A program made the position numbers and the translations under genes. From positions 1,728,001 through 1,792,000 of the forward strand of contig OZ242374.1 of assembly GCA_965209055.1 (NCBI GenBank): 64,000 nt of DNA. Reading direction: 5' to 3'. How positions within the stretch are numbered: position 1 is the stretch's first letter; each line of letters opens with the position of its first letter. The stretch is from Acidobacteriota bacterium. GTDB lineage: Bacteria > Acidobacteriota > UBA6911 > RPQK01 > JAJDTT01. The notes beneath the pieces were generated by a model. The model did no database searches, was not told the DNA's origin, and saw nothing but the letters and a program-made list of their open reading frames with translations. Positions 40,410-52,482 of the stretch are shown in pieces.

Positions 40410-41522
40410 TTACGCCGGGTCCTCCGGCCCCAATGCCGACCCCGGAACCTTCTTCCGCTCCACCGTCGCGCCGTCGAAATGGTGCCCTTCGGCGGAGCGG
40501 GGCAACGGCAACTCCACCGCGGCGCCGGTCCGGTGAGAGAGGTGGGTGGCCTCGATCATCTGGATGGCGGCGCGGCCGTCTTCACCCGACACTGCGGGCG
40601 GGCGGCCGTAGCGCAGGGAGTCGACAAAATCCTGGGTTTGCACGAAGAAGGCCTCCAGGCGCTTGGGCTCGAAGGGATCGCCGAGAAAATCGATCTCCGG
40701 CATCTCCCAGATGTCCCGCCAATCTCCATCCGACGCCAGCCGGAGCTTTCCGAAGTGCTCGGCTTCGATCATTCCCTTCTCGCCCCAGACCCGGACGAAG
40801 TCCTTCATGCGCGGGAATCCGGGCTCGGGCAGCTCATGGCTCATCCAGACCTGGGCGCTGGCGCCACGGGAGAAACGGATCTGCGCCATGGCGTTCCGGG
40901 CCTGCCAGTTCGGGGCCGAATAGGCGTTGACCGTGCCGAAGAGCCGGACCGGTTCGTCGCCGATGAGGAAGCGAAGCATGTCGAAGCTGTGGGAACAGCG
41001 GTCCAGAATGTCCCCTCCGTTGTCGAAGTCCCGGAGCCAGGGCTTGCCGGGATCACCGAGCGGCCACAGCGTGTTCATCTGCACCATCCGCACTTGGCCG
41101 ATGCGGCCCCCTTCGATCAGCTTTCGGGCGCGGGCGAAGACGCCGCGATAACGCAGCGTGTGAATGACGCTGAGGGTCACTCCGGCCTCCCGGCAGGCGG
41201 CGATCATGGCGTCGCAGTCGGCCACGTTGGTCATCATCGGCTTCTCCACCAGGACGTGCTTGCCGTAGCCGGCGGCGGCCAGTGTCTGCTCCGCGTGCAG
41301 CTTGTGGATCGTGGCCAGGAGCACGGCGTCGACCTGCTCGCTGCGAAGCATGTCCTCGTAGCCGGGGAAATGCTCGACGCCGAAATCCGCCGCCAGCCGG
41401 GGCGCCCGGCTTCCCTGAGTGACCCCCGCCAACTCGACCCCCTCATTGTGGTCCCTCACACAGTGGGCATAGGTCCGGCCCATATACCCCGATCCCACGA
41501 TGCCCAACCGGACGACGTCCAT
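40410..41522 (-). CDS. Gfo/Idh/MocA-family oxidoreductase
   Basis: GIVGSGYMG, GKHVLVEKPM, DRCSHSFD. Confidence 0.9.
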   Translation of the reverse strand: MDVVRLGIVGSGYMGRTYAHCVRDHNEGVELAGVTQGSRAPRLAADFGVEHFPGYEDMLRSEQVDAVLLATIHKLHAEQTLAAAGYGKHVLVEKPMMTNVADCDAMIAACREAGVTLSVIHTLRYRGVFARARKLIEGGRIGQVRMVQMNTLWPLGDPGKPWLRDFDNGGDILDRCSHSFDMLRFLIGDEPVRLFGTVNAYSAPNWQARNAMAQIRFSRGASAQVWMSHELPEPGFPRMKDFVRVWGEKGMIEAEHFGKLRLASDGDWRDIWEMPEIDFLGDPFEPKRLEAFFVQTQDFVDSLRYGRPPAVSGEDGRAAIQMIEATHLSHRTGAAVELPLPRSAEGHHFDGATVERKKVPGSALGPEDPA

Positions 41523-41735
41523 GGCGCGCTCCCCCGTTCGCTTTCCCGTCCCCGAAGGAATGAAACCGAATCAACAGGATTCTACACTGGCGCCTGCCCG
41601 GAGTTTGCCCGCCCGAAAATGGGGTGTCCGTGGAAATGGCGCTCGGGTCCGGCGGCTGGTAGTTTCGGGGGTGAGCGTCCGAACGGAAGCCGAAGAATAT
41701 CGGCGGCTCGGAAACGTTCTCCAACGGAGTCGAAC

Positions 41736-42854
41736 ATGACCACCATCGAAATCCTTGACCACCACGTCGTCTACGAGAATCCACAACCCTTCAATCGATC
41801 CCGTCATGGATACTTTCCCGGCCTGGTGAAACTGGCCTCGGGTGAGCTCCTGGGACTCTTCGTCCTGGGCGAGGCCTTCGAAGCGACCGACGTGACGACG
41901 TTCGTGACCCGTTCCCGGGACCAGGGGCGCACGTGGAGCCTCCAGGGTCCGCTGCACCGCAGGGAAGAGGCGTATCGCCACAACTCCGACTATCTGAAGC
42001 CGACCCTCCTGGACGACGGCAGGCTGATGGCCCTGGGCTATCGTTTCCACCGCACCGATCCGGATCAGACCATCGCCAACCCCGACCCCGCCGTGGACGG
42101 GATCCGGGGAGGCGACAACCTGGTTTCCTTCTCCGAAGACGACGGCCTCACCTGGTCGCATCCCAGGATCGTCCCGCGGTCGCGCCCGGAACTGATCGAA
42201 CAGTCCGGCCCGGCGATCCAACTCCGCAACGGAGTGATTCTGGGCGCCGGATCGCTCTTCCCCAGGTGGGACGGGAGCAATCCCAGCGGCTGCGTGGGAG
42301 CCCTGCTGCGCAGCGGCGACGGAGGCGAAACCTGGGATGACCGAACCGATTTCTTCCGGGACCCGGCCGGACGCTATGCGCCTTCGGAACCGAGACTGTG
42401 CGAGATGCAGGAGGACCGGATCGTCTCCCTGAACTGGATGATGGACCATATCCAGGGCACCAACACCACCAATCACGTCACGGTGTCGCACGATGGCGGA
42501 GCGGCCTGGTCGGACCCCATCGACACCGGTATCCGGGGACAGGCGTCGAACTTGATGCACTGGGGCGGCGACCTCCTGTTGACGGTCCACTGCCATCGCG
42601 AAGGAGAGGACATCGGCGTGTTCGTGAGGGTCGTCGATTTCTCGCGCGACCGCTGGCGGACGGTCGAAACGGCCAAGGTCTGGGGCAACGCCCCCTCCAT
42701 GAGGATCGCCGTCTACTCCGACATGGGCCGGGACCTGAAGTTCGGGCAAGCCTCGCTGCTGCGACTGGGGGACGGCGAGGTGCTCGTGACCCACTGGGCC
42801 ATCGAAGAGGGACAGGGAAGGATCCGCACCCACCGGATCCGCGTCCGGATCTGA
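41736..42854 (+). CDS. Sialidase/BNR (Asp-box) family protein
   Basis: Asp boxes [32 protein letters not shown]; YFPG near the N-terminus. Confidence 0.85.
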   Translation: MTTIEILDHHVVYENPQPFNRSRHGYFPGLVKLASGELLGLFVLGEAFEATDVTTFVTRSRDQGRTWSLQGPLHRREEAYRHNSDYLKPTLLDDGRLMALGYRFHRTDPDQTIANPDPAVDGIRGGDNLVSFSEDDGLTWSHPRIVPRSRPELIEQSGPAIQLRNGVILGAGSLFPRWDGSNPSGCVGALLRSGDGGETWDDRTDFFRDPAGRYAPSEPRLCEMQEDRIVSLNWMMDHIQGTNTTNHVTVSHDGGAAWSDPIDTGIRGQASNLMHWGGDLLLTVHCHREGEDIGVFVRVVDFSRDRWRTVETAKVWGNAPSMRIAVYSDMGRDLKFGQASLLRLGDGEVLVTHWAIEEGQGRIRTHRIRVRI

Positions 42855-42934
42855 TCTTCACCCTCGATGCTCCTCTCGTTTCTCACCGGTTGTCGGCGTT
42901 GACCGCCCGCGGACCGATCTCATATCATTCTTCG

Positions 42935-44395
<1,461 letters not shown>

Positions 44396-44416
44396 CGACT
44401 CCAAGCCGTCAGCGGC

Positions 44417-45445
44417 TCAAGCCAGCGTCGGTTCGGCGATATTCTTGCCCACGGCCCGGGCGATGCGGCGCATTTCGTCCATGAGGCTGGCGAACTGGCT
44501 CACGAACAACGACTGGGCTCCGTCGCAAAGCGCGTTTTCCGGATCCTGGTGCACCTCGATGAGGAGGCCGTCCGCACCGACCGCCACGGCGGCCCGGGAC
44601 AGCGGACCCACCCGGTTCCGGATTGCCACGGCATGGCTCGGGTCCACCACGATGGGCAGATGGCTGATCTGCTTGACCACCGGAACGGCGGAGAGATCCA
44701 GCGTGTTCCGGGTCAGGTTCTCGAAGGTCCGGATCCCTCTCTCGCAGAGGAGGACGTTGTGGTTTCCCTCGGCCATGATGTATTCGGCCGCCAGCAGCAG
44801 ATCGGTGATGGTGGCGCTCATGCCGCGCTTCAGAAGCGCCGGAATGCCGCTCTTCCCGATGTCCCGCAACAGATTGTAGTTCTGCATGTTCCGGGTTCCG
44901 ATCTGAATGATGTCGATGTAGTCGTGGGCCAGGGGAATCTGGGCCGATTCCATGACTTCCGAGATCACCAGCATGCCGTGACGGTCCGCCGCCTTGCGGA
45001 TGATCTGCAGTCCCTTTTCTCCGTGCCCCTGGAAGGAGTAGGGGGAGGTCCTGGGCTTGAAGGCGCCGCCCCGCATGACCCGGGCCCCGGCTTCCGCGAC
45101 CCCGGCCGCGACCTCTTCGCACTGGGCCTCGCTTTCGATGGTGCACGGCCCGGCCATGATCACCACCTCTTCCCCGCCGAACTCGACGTCCCCGATCCGA
45201 ACCCGGCTGCCCTTCGGGTGAAACGCCTTTGAGGCCAGCTTGTAGGGCTCGCTGATGCGGTGGACCTCCCGGACGCCGTCCATGCCCTCGTAATCCCGCG
45301 TGTTCACGTTCTTGGCTCCGACGGCTCCCAGCACCGTATAGTCCACGCCTGTCGACCGATGCACGTCGAAACCGTTAGCGACGAGCTTGTCGATCACGTG
45401 TTCCACCTGTTCCGAAGTTGCGTTGTGTTCCATGACGATGACCAT
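44417..45445 (-). CDS. aroF: DAHP synthase type I-beta with N-terminal regulatory domain
   Basis: AGPCTIE, GGAFKPRTSPYSFQG, QIGTRNMQN, LKRG, CERGIRTF, VDPSH, CDG. Confidence 0.95.
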   Translation of the reverse strand: MVIVMEHNATSEQVEHVIDKLVANGFDVHRSTGVDYTVLGAVGAKNVNTRDYEGMDGVREVHRISEPYKLASKAFHPKGSRVRIGDVEFGGEEVVIMAGPCTIESEAQCEEVAAGVAEAGARVMRGGAFKPRTSPYSFQGHGEKGLQIIRKAADRHGMLVISEVMESAQIPLAHDYIDIIQIGTRNMQNYNLLRDIGKSGIPALLKRGMSATITDLLLAAEYIMAEGNHNVLLCERGIRTFENLTRNTLDLSAVPVVKQISHLPIVVDPSHAVAIRNRVGPLSRAAVAVGADGLLIEVHQDPENALCDGAQSLFVSQFASLMDEMRRIARAVGKNIAEPTLA

Positions 45446-45477
45446 GATGGATTCCTTTCTCTCGGTTCACCTCGGAC

Positions 45478-45753
45478 CTAACCGCTGTTGCGGTGCTCCC
45501 GCTCCACCCGTCGGGATTCGTCGATGATCCTTTCGAACAGACGCTTGATGGCGGCTTTGGACAAGGGCCCGCGTGCGGCCTCCTGAACCAGCCGAATGAC
45601 CTCTTTCTCGCGTTCCGGGTCATAGACACCCAAGTTCGACTTGTGCTTGAGCTTGACGATTTCGATCGCGCACCGGCTGCGGCGGTCGAGCAACTCCACC
45701 AATTGGAGATCGATCCGGTCGATTTCGCTCCGCCAGTGGTCGATGTCAGTCAC
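45478..45753 (-). CDS. Chorismate mutase (AroQ, stand-alone)
   Basis: WRSEIDRID.QLVELL.RR, YDPERE, FERIIDESR. Confidence 0.9.
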   Translation of the reverse strand: MTDIDHWRSEIDRIDLQLVELLDRRSRCAIEIVKLKHKSNLGVYDPEREKEVIRLVQEAARGPLSKAAIKRLFERIIDESRRVEREHRNSG

Positions 45754-45783
45754 TCTCGATGCCCCTTTTCGGATTCACCGGGC

Positions 45784-45818
45784 AAAAAAAAACCGTGGGC
45801 TTCTGGGTTGCCCACGGC
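45784..45818 (-). terminator. Intrinsic terminator of the Phe/Tyr attenuator
   Basis: CCGTGGGC-loop-GCCCACGG followed by T9 on the minus strand, about 30 nt upstream of the chorismate mutase start. Confidence 0.9.
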
Positions 45819-45848
45819 TTCAAGGTCGCCTGCAATGGCAGGCCGACC

Positions 45849-45893
45849 TCAGCCGTTTCTAAAAAAGTAATAGAAGCTCCGCAGACTCGCCAT
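45849..45893 (-). CDS. Phe/Tyr leader peptide MASLRSFYYFFRNG
   Basis: AAGGA RBS, ATG at 45893, five consecutive Phe/Tyr codons, TGA at 45849; followed by a terminator. Confidence 0.85.
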   Translation of the reverse strand: MASLRSFYYFFRNG

Positions 45894-45918
45894 AGCCGTC
45901 CTTTGAACGTAGACAGGC

Positions 45919-45947
45919 ACAATACCCCAGAATTAACCGGGAATCAA
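45919..45947 (-). promoter_or_regulatory. Putative sigma70 promoter for leader-chorismate mutase-aroF
   Basis: TTGATT-N17-TATTGT on the minus strand, overlapping the trpA end. Confidence 0.6.
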
Positions 45948-46692
45948 GTGATCCCGGGCGAAGCGGCCGACTTGCCGGGGCAGGTCGGCCGTATGCCGGT
46001 GCTCGTCCACGAACCGGACCAGGGCGGTTCCGATCACCGCGGCGTCGGCGTACCGCCAGACCCGCCGGACGTCCTGCGCCGAAGTGATCCCGAATCCCAC
46101 CGCGATGGGAAGGGAGGAGTACTTGCGCAGCCGGCGGATGGTCGCCGGCACCTGCGACTCGACGTCGGACCTCCTTCCGGTGACGCCGGTTCGGGCAACG
46201 AGATAGACGAAGCCCCCGCTGGCCCGGCTCACCTTCTCGAGCCGCTCGTCCGACGACGTCGGCGCCGCCAGGAAGATGATGTCGAGTCCCCGGACGCAGT
46301 GCCCGGGGTCGCCCAGCTTCCGGAACCGGTTGTGCTCCTCGGGGGTCAGGTCCGAGATGATGATGCCGTCCAGACCGGCCTCGACGGCTTCGCGCGCCAA
46401 CCGTCCCGGGCCGTAGCTCCAGACCGGGTTCATGTAGGTCATGAATACCAGGCCGGCGTCCACCCTGGCCCGCAGCCTCCGAACCAGTTCGATGTAGTCT
46501 GCAATGCCGTAACCGTGCCTGAGAGCACGGAAAGAGGAGGTCTGGATCACGGGCCCGTCCGCGATGGGGTCGGAGAACGGGATTCCGATCTCCACGATAT
46601 GGGAACCGGCCTTCACCAGCTCGACAACGATCCGCTCGGTGGCTTCCAGATCCGGGTGCCCCGCCGTCACGAAGGGGACGAAGCACTTCGGG

Positions 46693-47888
<1,196 letters not shown>

Positions 47889-47892
<4 letters not shown>

Positions 47893-48476
47893 TGTTTGTC
47901 GTCTCCGACTTGGGCGGCGTGCTCCCGAGCCACCTTCAGAAAGGCCCTCAATTTGTCCCGGTCCTTGATTCCCGGAGCACTCTCCACGCCGGAACAGACG
48001 TCCACGCCCAGTGGCTCGAGACGGCCCAGGGCTTCACCCAGATTCTGAGGCGTCAGGCCGCCGGAGAGGAGAAACGGACGATTCAGCGATTCCAGCGCGT
48101 TCCAGTCGGCGAGCGTTCCGGTGCCCCAGGAAGTGTCGATGATGACTTCGTGCCCGGGGAAGCGCCGGGCGCCGGCGGGACTGGTGGCGATCCAGACGCG
48201 CTTGTCCGTATCGGGGACCTGGCAGGGGTCCTCGACCCCGTGCAACTGGATGACGTCGAAGGGAAGCCGCATCCACGAGTCCTCGCCGTGCCTTGCCACT
48301 GCGATGGCCACCGGAAAAACCTCCGGCGGAAGCTCATCGGCCAGGGCTTGAGCCTGGTCCGGCTCCAGGTAGCGCGGGCTCGGCGGGTAGAAGTTGAAAC
48401 CCAGGGCATTGGCTCCGTACCGGACCGAATCCAACGCGTCGCGGCGGCGGGTGATTCCACACACCTTGATGATCAT
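47889..48476 (-). CDS. trpF: Phosphoribosylanthranilate isomerase
   Basis: [39 protein letters not shown]. Confidence 0.93.
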
Positions 48477-49297
48477 CTCCGGAGGCTCCCGCGCAGCTCT
48501 TCCTCCGGCTCGCGGGCCGCGCCGGTTTGCAGCAATTCCCTCAATCCGGCCCCGGGGTCGTCGGAGTCCATCAGCAGCGAGCCGACCAGGAAGGCATGGA
48601 ATCCGGCATCGCGCAGCTCGAGCAGTTGGATATGTTCCCGGATTCCCGACTCGGACACCAGCACGAACCCGGTCTCCCCCTCCAGCAGCCGGGCCAGTTG
48701 GAAGGAGGTGTTCAGGTCCACGTTGAAGGTTCTCAGGTCCCGGTTGTTGACCCCGATGATGCGGGCCCCGCTCTCCACCGCCGTCTCCAGCTCGAACGCA
48801 TCGTGGACCTCCACCAGCGCGTCGAGCCGGAAGTCGCGCCCGTCCCGAATCAGTTCCTTGAGCCGTTCCGGCGAGAGGCACGCGGCGATCAACAGACAGG
48901 CGGACGCGCCGTGCGCCCGCGCTTCCGCCAGTTGGTAGGCGTCGAAGATGAAGTCCTTCCGCAACAGGGGCAATCCCGTCTCCTGATCCCGGACGGTGCG
49001 GATGAATTCCAGGTCGCCGTGGAAGTAATGCCTTTCCGTCAGCACCGAGATGGCCGCCGCTCCGTTTTCCAGGTAAAGCTGTCCGATCTCTTGGGGAGGC
49101 CGCCGGCAGGTGAATGCCCCCCGGCTGGGGCTCTGGTACTTGATCTCGGCGATGACGTTGACTTGGGGCCGGGTCAGCGCCGCCTCGAAGGAAGGGGCGT
49201 CCGGACCTGGATCGGCCTCCAGCAACCCGGCCAGGGGAACCCTGGCCCGAGCCTCCTCCAGATCCTGTTTCTTCCGGGCCAGGATCCTATCCAGCAT
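48473..49297 (-). CDS. trpC: Indole-3-glycerol phosphate synthase
   Basis: IAEIK..SPS, ISVLTE, LRKDFI, GVNNRDL, VSESGI. Confidence 0.96.
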   Translation of the reverse strand: MLDRILARKKQDLEEARARVPLAGLLEADPGPDAPSFEAALTRPQVNVIAEIKYQSPSRGAFTCRRPPQEIGQLYLENGAAAISVLTERHYFHGDLEFIRTVRDQETGLPLLRKDFIFDAYQLAEARAHGASACLLIAACLSPERLKELIRDGRDFRLDALVEVHDAFELETAVESGARIIGVNNRDLRTFNVDLNTSFQLARLLEGETGFVLVSESGIREHIQLLELRDAGFHAFLVGSLLMDSDDPGAGLRELLQTGAAREPEEELRGSLRR

Positions 49298-50294
49298 AGG
49301 CTTCGACCAACTGATCCAGTTTCCGGACCGCGCTTCCCGAGTCGATGGATTCGCCCGCGCGATCCAAGGCGACTCGGAAATCCGCCTCTCCCGCCAGGCG
49401 AAGGGCCGCCGCCGCGTTCAGGACCACCAGGTCCCGCGCCGGGCCCTGGCGCTCCCCTTCGAGGACTCTCCGGATCAGCCGGGCGTTGTCTTCCGGACTG
49501 CCGCCGGCGACGGCCCGAGGATCCCAAGGAGCGAACCCGTATTCCGCCGGGTCGAATTCGAAGCTGCGGTCCCGGTTCCCCTCCACCTCGGTCACCCAAC
49601 TCGGCGCCGCAGTGGAGAGCTCGTCCAACCCGTCGCGGCTGTGGACCACCCAGGCCCGCCGGCAGCCCAGCGCGGCCAGGGCCTGTCCCAGTTTCCGAGT
49701 CAGTTCCGGTGCCCAGACGCCGATGATCTGGTACGGGGCGCCCGCCGGATTCGTGAGGGGACCCAACAGGTTGAAGATGGTGCGATGCGGCAACTGCCGC
49801 CGGACCTGCACCACTCTCTTCATGGCCGGATGGAACAGGGGAGCGAAGAGAAAGGCGATCCCCACCTCGTCGAGGCTCTGCCGGGCAACCTCGGCGGAGC
49901 GGGCGACCTGAACCCCCAGCGCCTGAAGAGCGTCCGCGCTGCCGCTCCGGGAAGTGGCGGCGCGGTTGCCGTGCTTGGCCACTGCAAGCCCGGCTCCGGC
50001 GATGACGAACGCCGCGGCGGTGGAGACGTTGAAGGTGTCGGCTCCTCCTCCGGTTCCGGCCGTGTCGATGAATCTGTCGTGCCGGCACTGCAGCCTCACG
50101 GCGTGCCGCCTCATGATCCGGGCGAAGCCGGCGATCTCCGCGGGGGTCTCTCCCTTGGAATACAACGCGCTCAGGAAAGCCATGATCTCCCGGTCCGGCG
50201 TTCCTTCCGCCAGGATCAGCTCCAGGGCTTGGGCGGCCGACTCCTGCGGGAGGTCCCGGGACGCCTCCAACTCTCGGGTCAGCTCTTGCAACAT
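49287..50294 (-). CDS. trpD: Anthranilate phosphoribosyltransferase
   Basis: DTAGTGG, FNVST, AKHGNR, GSAD, FNLLGPLTNP, DGLDE. Confidence 0.96.
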   Translation of the reverse strand: MLQELTRELEASRDLPQESAAQALELILAEGTPDREIMAFLSALYSKGETPAEIAGFARIMRRHAVRLQCRHDRFIDTAGTGGGADTFNVSTAAAFVIAGAGLAVAKHGNRAATSRSGSADALQALGVQVARSAEVARQSLDEVGIAFLFAPLFHPAMKRVVQVRRQLPHRTIFNLLGPLTNPAGAPYQIIGVWAPELTRKLGQALAALGCRRAWVVHSRDGLDELSTAAPSWVTEVEGNRDRSFEFDPAEYGFAPWDPRAVAGGSPEDNARLIRRVLEGERQGPARDLVVLNAAAALRLAGEADFRVALDRAGESIDSGSAVRKLDQLVEAYAG

Positions 50295-50851
50295 AGGAAG
50301 TTCTCCAGGATGGCCTTGCCCGGGTCGGTCAGCACCGATTCGGGATGGAATTGAACGCCGAAGATATCATGTTCCCGATGCCTCAATCCCATGATGAGCC
50401 CGTTGCCGGTCCAGGCGTTCACGACCAGGCATTCGGGAAGATGGTCCGGGCTGACCACCAGGGAATGATAGCGAGTGGCTTCGAAGGGATTGGGAATGCC
50501 GGAGAGGATGCTGTCCCCCTGATGATGGATCGTGGAGGTCTTCCCGTGCATCAGCTCCGGCGCCCGGATCACCAGGCCTCCATAGGCCGATGCGATGGCC
50601 TGGTGTCCGAGGCAGACTCCCAGAACCGGCACCCGGCCCGCCAACCGGCGGATCGCCTCGATGGAGATTCCGGCGTCTTCGGGCGTTCCCGGACCCGGTG
50701 AGATCACCAGCCGCTGGGGCGCCCGGTCCAGAATCTCGTCCGTCGTGATCCGGTCGTTGCGGTAGACCTCCAGGTCGCACCCCAACTCTCCCAGGTACTG
50801 GACCAGGTTGTAGGTGAAGCTGTCGTAATTGTCGATCATGAAGACGTTCAT
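50279..50851 (-). CDS. trpG: Anthranilate synthase component II (glutamine amidotransferase)
   Basis: IDNYDSFTYNL, SPGPG, GVCLGHQ, RYHSL, GVQFHPES. Confidence 0.96.
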   Translation of the reverse strand: MNVFMIDNYDSFTYNLVQYLGELGCDLEVYRNDRITTDEILDRAPQRLVISPGPGTPEDAGISIEAIRRLAGRVPVLGVCLGHQAIASAYGGLVIRAPELMHGKTSTIHHQGDSILSGIPNPFEATRYHSLVVSPDHLPECLVVNAWTGNGLIMGLRHREHDIFGVQFHPESVLTDPGKAILENFLCCKS

Positions 50852-52224
50852 GATTGGATACCTGTCGAGCGGGCGGAGGTTCGCGGTTCCAGAGCCGAGG
50901 CCAATTCCAGAGCCCGAAACAGGGCACGCGCCTTGTTGCGGCACTCCTTGTGCTCGAGTTTCGGGACCGAATCGGCGACGATGCCGGCGCCTGCCTGAAG
51001 ATAGGCCTTGCCGTTCTTGATGGCGATGGTTCTGATTCCGATGCAGGAGTCCAGATTTCCCGCGAAGTCCAGATAGCCGACGGCTCCGGCGTAGACCCCT
51101 CGCCGGCACGGCTCCAGCTCCTCGATGATCTCCATGGCCCTGACCTTGGGAGCCCCGGTCACGGTTCCCGCGGGAAAACAGGCGGCCAGGGCGTCGAAGC
51201 GGTCCAGCTCGGGGCGCAGCCGGCCCCGGAGCGAACTGGTGATGTGCATGACGTGGGAGTACTTCTCCAGGAACATCAGGTCGGACACATGGACCGATCC
51301 GTAGGTGCTGACCCGTCCCAGATCGTTCCGGCCCAGGTCCACCAGCATCAGGTGCTCCGCCCGTTCCTTCTCGTCCCCCAGCAGCTCCTCTTCGAAGTGC
51401 TTCTCCTCCTCCGGGTTCCGGCCCCGGCGCCGGGTGCCGGCAATGGGACGGTATTCCAGATCCCGTCCCTGCACCCGGACCAGCATCTCGGGAGAGGAAC
51501 CGGCCAGATGCAGGTCTCCCATCCTGAGGTAGAACAGGTACGGCGAGGGATTGACGTAGCGAAGAGCCCGGTAGACGTTGAAGGGGTCTCCCGGATAGTC
51601 CGCCTCGAAGCGCTGGGACAGGACCACCTGGAAGATGTCGCCGGCCCGAATGTACTCCTTGGAGGTTTCCACCGCTGCGCAGAAATCCTCTTTCCGGAAG
51701 TTGGAGCGGGCGCAGGCCAGCGCAGGGAGGGCCTGGTCGGGATCGATGAGGGAAACCGCGGGCGGAGTGCGTCGAAGCCGGTGCTCCAGCTCCCGGACCC
51801 GGTCCCGGCTCTCGTGGGACATGATGATGATCTGGTGCTTGACGTGGTCGAAAGCCACGACCGTGGCGTAGAAATCCATGAGCACCGTGGTGGCCGGGTC
51901 GAGGTGCCCACCCTGCCGGATCAGGTTGGGTAGACGCTCCAGCTCCCGGACCATCTCGTAGGCGAAGATCCCGATGGCGCCTCCGGTGAAGGGAGGCAGG
52001 TCCGGAGCGGCCGTCTCCCTCAGCGAAGGAAACTGGCGGCGAAATCCCTCGAATTGCCCTTCGAAGACCTGGTAGGGGTCCACTCCCAGGAAGGAGTACC
52101 GTCCGATGTTCTCCCCTCCCTCGACGGACTCCAGGAGAAACCCTCTCCGGGCAGAGGACCCCAGGTTGAGAAAGGCAGTGACAGGGTTCAGAAGGTCGGC
52201 CCAAAAGGCCTTGGTGTAAAGCAT
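50848..52224 (-). CDS. trpE: Anthranilate synthase component I
   Basis: LLESV, GDIFQVVLSQR, NPSPY, SSPE, PIAGT, EHLMLVDLGRND, PAGTVTGAPK. Confidence 0.96.
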   Translation of the reverse strand: MLYTKAFWADLLNPVTAFLNLGSSARRGFLLESVEGGENIGRYSFLGVDPYQVFEGQFEGFRRQFPSLRETAAPDLPPFTGGAIGIFAYEMVRELERLPNLIRQGGHLDPATTVLMDFYATVVAFDHVKHQIIIMSHESRDRVRELEHRLRRTPPAVSLIDPDQALPALACARSNFRKEDFCAAVETSKEYIRAGDIFQVVLSQRFEADYPGDPFNVYRALRYVNPSPYLFYLRMGDLHLAGSSPEMLVRVQGRDLEYRPIAGTRRRGRNPEEEKHFEEELLGDEKERAEHLMLVDLGRNDLGRVSTYGSVHVSDLMFLEKYSHVMHITSSLRGRLRPELDRFDALAACFPAGTVTGAPKVRAMEIIEELEPCRRGVYAGAVGYLDFAGNLDSCIGIRTIAIKNGKAYLQAGAGIVADSVPKLEHKECRNKARALFRALELASALEPRTSARSTGIQS

Positions 52225-52242
52225 GGTTCAGAGACTTCGTCC

Positions 52243-52284
52243 AAAAAAAGAAAGGCCGTGGAGAACTCTCTCCACGGCCTTTCT
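52243..52284 (-). terminator. Intrinsic terminator of the trp attenuator
   Basis: AGAAAGGCCGTGGAGA-GAGT-TCTCCACGGCCTTTCT followed by a T-tract, about 18 nt before the trpE ATG. Confidence 0.92.
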
Positions 52285-52339
52285 TCTGATCTCTATCTTG
52301 GCCCGTTGACGATGGACAGTTCTCCGATAACGATTTGTG

Positions 52340-52381
52340 CTAGAAGCGCCAGCCGTATCGGAGAAAACTGAAAATCGCCAT
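52340..52381 (-). CDS. trp leader peptide [13 protein letters not shown]
   Basis: GAAGG upstream, ATG at 52381, single Trp codon at position 11, TAG at 52340; lies between promoter and terminator. Confidence 0.75.
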   Translation of the reverse strand: MAIFSFLRYGWRF

Positions 52382-52400
52382 GTCCAAATTGCCTTCTGTG

Positions 52401-52429
52401 AAGATACAGAGTCGGCGCCCGGCAGTCAA
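52401..52429 (-). promoter_or_regulatory. Putative sigma70 promoter of the trp operon
   Basis: TTGACT-N17-TATCTT on the minus strand. Confidence 0.7.
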
Positions 52430-52482
52430 CTCGAAATTGGCTGGACGCTCTCCGTTTCCGCTGCCGCTTCGCAGGGGAGCCC

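Noticed and set aside
40479-41735. Long N-terminal extensions in the ORF track (sialidase, asnS, guaB, namZ, trpG, trpF, hydrolase)
   Set aside because: The extensions overlap neighbouring real genes; family motifs begin at the downstream starts used here.
52370-52392. Alternative trp leader frame containing W-T-W
   Set aside because: No standard start codon downstream of the promoter and no stop before the terminator; the ATG-initiated MAIF... frame fits attenuator geometry.
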